A stretch of 64,000 nt of DNA from positions 3,424,001 through 3,488,000 of the forward strand of contig OZ252299.1 in the NCBI GenBank assembly GCA_965250285.1. Direction: 5' to 3'. Both the position numbers and the translations under genes were made by a program. The notes under the pieces were generated by a model. That model was given only the letters and a program-made list of their open reading frames with translations. It searched no databases and was not told the DNA's origin. Below are positions 60,611-64,000 of this stretch, one piece after another. This stretch comes from Myxococcota bacterium (GTDB lineage: Bacteria; Myxococcota_A; UBA9160; UBA4427). Numbering within the stretch: position 1 is the stretch's first letter; each line of letters starts with the position of its first letter.

Positions 60611-60690
60611 CGACTCCACTATACGCCCACGCCCCGGGCGCGACGCAAGCGAAATCGCGCGACCGGCGCTCGCTGATCCCTTCGGGCTCC

Positions 60691-61344
60691 TCAGGGCGCC
60701 GGGCGCCGAAGTCCGACCACCTCGACCCCGAGGATCTCGCGATGGGCCGCGGGCTCGAAGCCAAAGCGCCGGTAGAACGGCACGAGCTCGCTGCGGTCGG
60801 TCTCGACCCAGGCGGGCCCGGGATCGGCCGCGATGCCCTCGAGCCAGCGGCCGACGAGCTCGCCCCCCAGGCCGCCCCCCTGGGCTTCGGGCTCGACGCC
60901 GACCATCGCGAGCGTCCAGTGCGGATCGTCCGGCCGAATCGCGGCCAGCTCGCCCTGCACCCGGCTCCAGCGCAGGGTCGCGCCGAGTCCCTGCCGCAGG
61001 AGCAGACCGAGCTGGCGCAGGCTCGGTCGCTCGGGCGGGGGCCGGACCGGCTCGAAGCCGATCAAGGCCCCTTTGGGGGCGTGACTCGAGGCGTCGCCCG
61101 CGCCGCCCACGAGGACGTGCCCGGCGACCCGAGCACGATCGAGCAGCAGCTGCGCGCCGAGGCGGTTCGCGCGCACCCGGGCGCTCGGCCCACGGCGGAG
61201 CACCGCGCGGTTCATCGGATTGTCGCGAAAAGCGCGCGCCAGCAGCTCGGCGACGACGCGTCCCCCCTCGATGAACGCGCCCGCGTCCGATGCGCGGCGC
61301 GCCGGCGCCGGGGTGTCCGCATCGGGAGAGCCCGGTGCCTGCAT
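60691..61344 (-). CDS. GNAT family N-acetyltransferase
   Basis: LARAFRDNP, HWTLAMVGVEPEAQGGGLG, VET, FYRRFGF. Confidence 0.85.
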   Translation of the reverse strand: MQAPGSPDADTPAPARRASDAGAFIEGGRVVAELLARAFRDNPMNRAVLRRGPSARVRANRLGAQLLLDRARVAGHVLVGGAGDASSHAPKGALIGFEPVRPPPERPSLRQLGLLLRQGLGATLRWSRVQGELAAIRPDDPHWTLAMVGVEPEAQGGGLGGELVGRWLEGIAADPGPAWVETDRSELVPFYRRFGFEPAAHREILGVEVVGLRRPAP

Positions 61345-61508
61345 CTATCCGCCTCCCTGGTCGGGCTGCAGTGTGGCGCGAATCGCAGGGTTCCGGGGCA
61401 TCTCCCCCTCAATCTTCTGGCGCGCCACCCGATGAGTGTGATGTGGCACCCATGTTGGCTCTGCCGCTTGCGTAACCGGGGCACCGCCCCCCCACCCGGG
61501 TATGCGAA

Positions 61509-61754
61509 TTGAGGACGACTGCGTTTCTGACCCTCACCGGCACTGGCACGGTGATCCGAGAATGGCTCAATCAGCTCGCTGCAGGCAGCGCAGCCGCGCC
61601 CGAACTGCTGTTGCTGGGCGCCGCGATCGTCGGTCTCGGCCTTCAGACGCTTCGTTCTCACCGCGCCGAAGCGCCGGCGAGCGGAGCCGCGCCGACGACG
61701 GAGGTGCCGAACGCGACGCTCCCCGTCGTCTCGTCGGCCCCGAGTGGCGCTTGA
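61509..61754 (+). CDS. Possible small membrane protein
   Basis: 81-aa ORF (TTG start) with one hydrophobic segment PELLLLGAAIVGLGL; weak support. Confidence 0.3.
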   Translation: MRTTAFLTLTGTGTVIREWLNQLAAGSAAAPELLLLGAAIVGLGLQTLRSHRAEAPASGAAPTTEVPNATLPVVSSAPSGA

Positions 61755-61926
61755 TCGCGAGCGGCCCCGCCCACATCGGGCACCAGACGTTCCGGCTCTC
61801 TTCGATCCCCGAACACGTTCTGTCTGCCGCCGCCGCGAGCGACCCGCCGCGACGGGGTAGACTCGCGCTCACTCCCCGCACACCGCGCCCGCGCTCTCTC
61901 GGCGCGCGGGGCTGACGGAGGGCTTC

Positions 61927-63633
61927 GTGGCGACTGCGCGCGCAGCCTGCATCCTGCGACTCGACGGCGACGACGGCGCGCGCGACCAGGTCTTCATCGT
62001 GGGCGACCGCACGGTGATCCTCGGACGCTCGGCCGACTGCGACATCGTCGTGCCCGAAGAGAGCGTGTCGCGCCGTCATGCGCGCTTCGGTCGCTCGGGC
62101 GACGGCTGGAAGATCACCGATCTCGGCAGCAAGAACGGGATCCGGGTCAACACCTTCAAGGTCGACGAACAGCGCCTGCGCGACGGCGATCGCATCGATC
62201 TGGGGACCGTCCGCATTCACGTCGAGATCGGAACGCCACCCGCTTCGCGGCGCGCCGACGTCGTCTTCAGCACCAGCGAAGAGCCGAGACTGCACACCGA
62301 GGTGCTCGACATCTCGGGCCTGACCTCGCTGCTCGGCAACGCGCCCGAGGCTTCCGTCGCGGCCGCGCCCAGCGTCATGGATCAGCAGGCGCCGGCCTCA
62401 CAGGCCGCCGCCGTGAGCGGCTCGCTCGTCGGGCTGGTCAGCGACGCGGCGCAGGCGCTGCTCACCTGCAACTCACTCGAAGAGACGCTCGATCGCATCC
62501 TCGCGCTCGTCTTCGACCATCTCCCCGCAGAGCGTGGCGTCATCTGCCTCTACGACGAGGCCAATGACCTCACGACACCGGCGGTGATGCGCACGCGCGA
62601 CGGGGTCCCCGACGCACCGATCTCGATCAGCTCGAACATCGCGAACGACGTCGTCCACCACCGGCAGGCCCTGCTGGTGCGCGATGCGCACCTCGACGAC
62701 CGCTTCGGCCAAGCCGAGAGCGTGATCGCAATGGACATCCACTCCGCCATGTGTGCCCCGCTGTACACCGGCGCCGCCGAAGGTGAAGGCGACACCGTGA
62801 GCGGCTACATCTACATCGATCGCCAGAGCGGTACTCAGCCCTTCGACACGCCCCACCTGCATGCGCTCTCGACGCTCGCGCTGCTCTCCGCCCTCGCCGT
62901 CGAGCAGGCGGGACTGCGCGACCGCGTGCGCGAGGAGCAGGCGCTGCGCTCGCGCCTCGCACGGTACAGCTCGCCGGCCGTGGTCGATCGCATCGTGAAC
63001 GCGCCCGGTGCGACCGAGCGCACCATGAACGCGGACGAATGCGACGTCAGCATCCTCTTCGCCGATCTCTCGGGCTTCACGGCCATGGCCGAAAAGCTGC
63101 GCTCGGCCGAGACCATCCAGGTGCTCAACCGCGTCTTCGAAGAGCTCACCCAGGCGATCTTCGAGCTCGAAGGCACGCTCGACAAGTATCGCGGCGATGG
63201 TCTGATGGCCTTCTTCGGTGCGCCCCTCGCCATGGCGGATCACGCTGAGCGCGCGTGCGAAGCCGCACTGCGCATGCAGGAAGCGCTCACCCGGCTGAAC
63301 CACACGACCGGGGCCGAGCTGGCGATCCGCATCGGGGTCAACTCGGGCAACGTCGTCGTCGGCGACATCGGATCACCCCAGCGCAAGGACTACACCGTCA
63401 TCGGCGATGCGGTGAACATCGCGAGCCGCCTCGAGAGCGAGGTCGCGAAGCCGGGGCAGGTGGTGATCGGCCCGGGCACACGCGAGCTCGTCGCTGCGCG
63501 CTTCATGGCCGAACCGCTCGCCGAAGTACAGGTCAAGGGCCGGAGCCGAAGCGTCTCGCCGTGGCTGCTGACGGGGCGCATCGACGAGCCCGGGCAGACG
63601 CCGACGACCTTCGCGGTGCGCGAGGTCGACTGA
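61927..63633 (+). CDS. FHA-GAF class III adenylate cyclase
   Basis: FHA (LGRS, VSRRHA, DLGSKNG), GAF (SAMCAPL), cyclase FADLSGFT, DKYRGD, DYTVIGDAVNIASRLE (Lys/Asp ATP-specifying residues). Confidence 0.93.
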   Translation: MATARAACILRLDGDDGARDQVFIVGDRTVILGRSADCDIVVPEESVSRRHARFGRSGDGWKITDLGSKNGIRVNTFKVDEQRLRDGDRIDLGTVRIHVEIGTPPASRRADVVFSTSEEPRLHTEVLDISGLTSLLGNAPEASVAAAPSVMDQQAPASQAAAVSGSLVGLVSDAAQALLTCNSLEETLDRILALVFDHLPAERGVICLYDEANDLTTPAVMRTRDGVPDAPISISSNIANDVVHHRQALLVRDAHLDDRFGQAESVIAMDIHSAMCAPLYTGAAEGEGDTVSGYIYIDRQSGTQPFDTPHLHALSTLALLSALAVEQAGLRDRVREEQALRSRLARYSSPAVVDRIVNAPGATERTMNADECDVSILFADLSGFTAMAEKLRSAETIQVLNRVFEELTQAIFELEGTLDKYRGDGLMAFFGAPLAMADHAERACEAALRMQEALTRLNHTTGAELAIRIGVNSGNVVVGDIGSPQRKDYTVIGDAVNIASRLESEVAKPGQVVIGPGTRELVAARFMAEPLAEVQVKGRSRSVSPWLLTGRIDEPGQTPTTFAVREVD

Positions 63634-63687
63634 GGCGGGGATCGAGTAGACTCTCGGGCTTCCAGCGCCCGAAGGATCCCCATCGTC

Positions 63688-64000
63688 ATGACCGAGCAAG
63701 GCAAGGAGCCGGGCAACGCCGCGCTCCTCGAGCAGTTCCAGAGCGTCCTCGTCGGCAACTACGCCCCCGCACCGATCGCGCTCGTGCGCGGCGAGGGCTG
63801 CCGTCTGTTCGACGCCGACGGCCGCTCGTATCTCGATCTGATGGGCGGGATCGCCACGGCCGCGCTCGGCCATTGCCATCCGCGGGTGGTCGCCGCGCTC
63901 GAAGCGCAGGCGAAGAAGCTGTGGCACGTGTCGAACCTGTTCGTCACCGAGCCCCAGACGCGACTGGCGCAGCGCATCGTCGACCACTCCTTCGCCGACC
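63688..64000 (+). CDS. argD: Acetylornithine aminotransferase (5' part)
   Basis: Manual translation: NYAPAPIALVRGEGCRLFDADGRSYLDLMGGIATAALGHCHP..KLWHVSNLF; runs off the window. Confidence 0.88.
   Translation, partial: MTEQGKEPGNAALLEQFQSVLVGNYAPAPIALVRGEGCRLFDADGRSYLDLMGGIATAALGHCHPRVVAALEAQAKKLWHVSNLFVTEPQTRLAQRIVDHSFAD

Noticed and set aside
61444..61459. Sigma54-like TGGCACC-CATG-TTGG
   Set aside because: Lacks the invariant GC at -12.

Overview
A very GC-rich bacterial chromosome segment made almost entirely of housekeeping and metabolic genes. It has no transposase, integrase, phage, rRNA, tRNA or CRISPR features. LolA, Lgt, sigma54-type promoters, a TIGR02266-like PilZ protein and an FHA-GAF cyclase point to a diderm Myxococcota/deltaproteobacteria-like organism (inference). 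About 48 CDS can be supported, including a partial proteasomal ATPase arc (missed by the ORF track), lolA-ftsK, ssb, radC, an ECF sigma/anti-sigma pair, moaC, lgt, ETF-QO, sppA, class II RNR nrdJ, an F420:NADPH oxidoreductase, gor, nth, asd, tesB, amtB plus P-II, and a partial argD. The most striking signal is a translationally coupled pair of paralogous membrane-PAS histidine kinases with reciprocal defects: one keeps the phospho-His but has lost the ATP-binding boxes, and the other keeps the ATP-binding domain but has His replaced by Arg. This suggests an obligate heterodimeric split kinase. Other highlights are a sigma54-type promoter in front of arc, a ~1.2 kb structured non-coding leader between NrdR boxes and nrdJ, a candidate multi-stem sRNA with its own -10 box, a 4x79 bp hairpin-rich tandem array and two long inverted-repeat elements.
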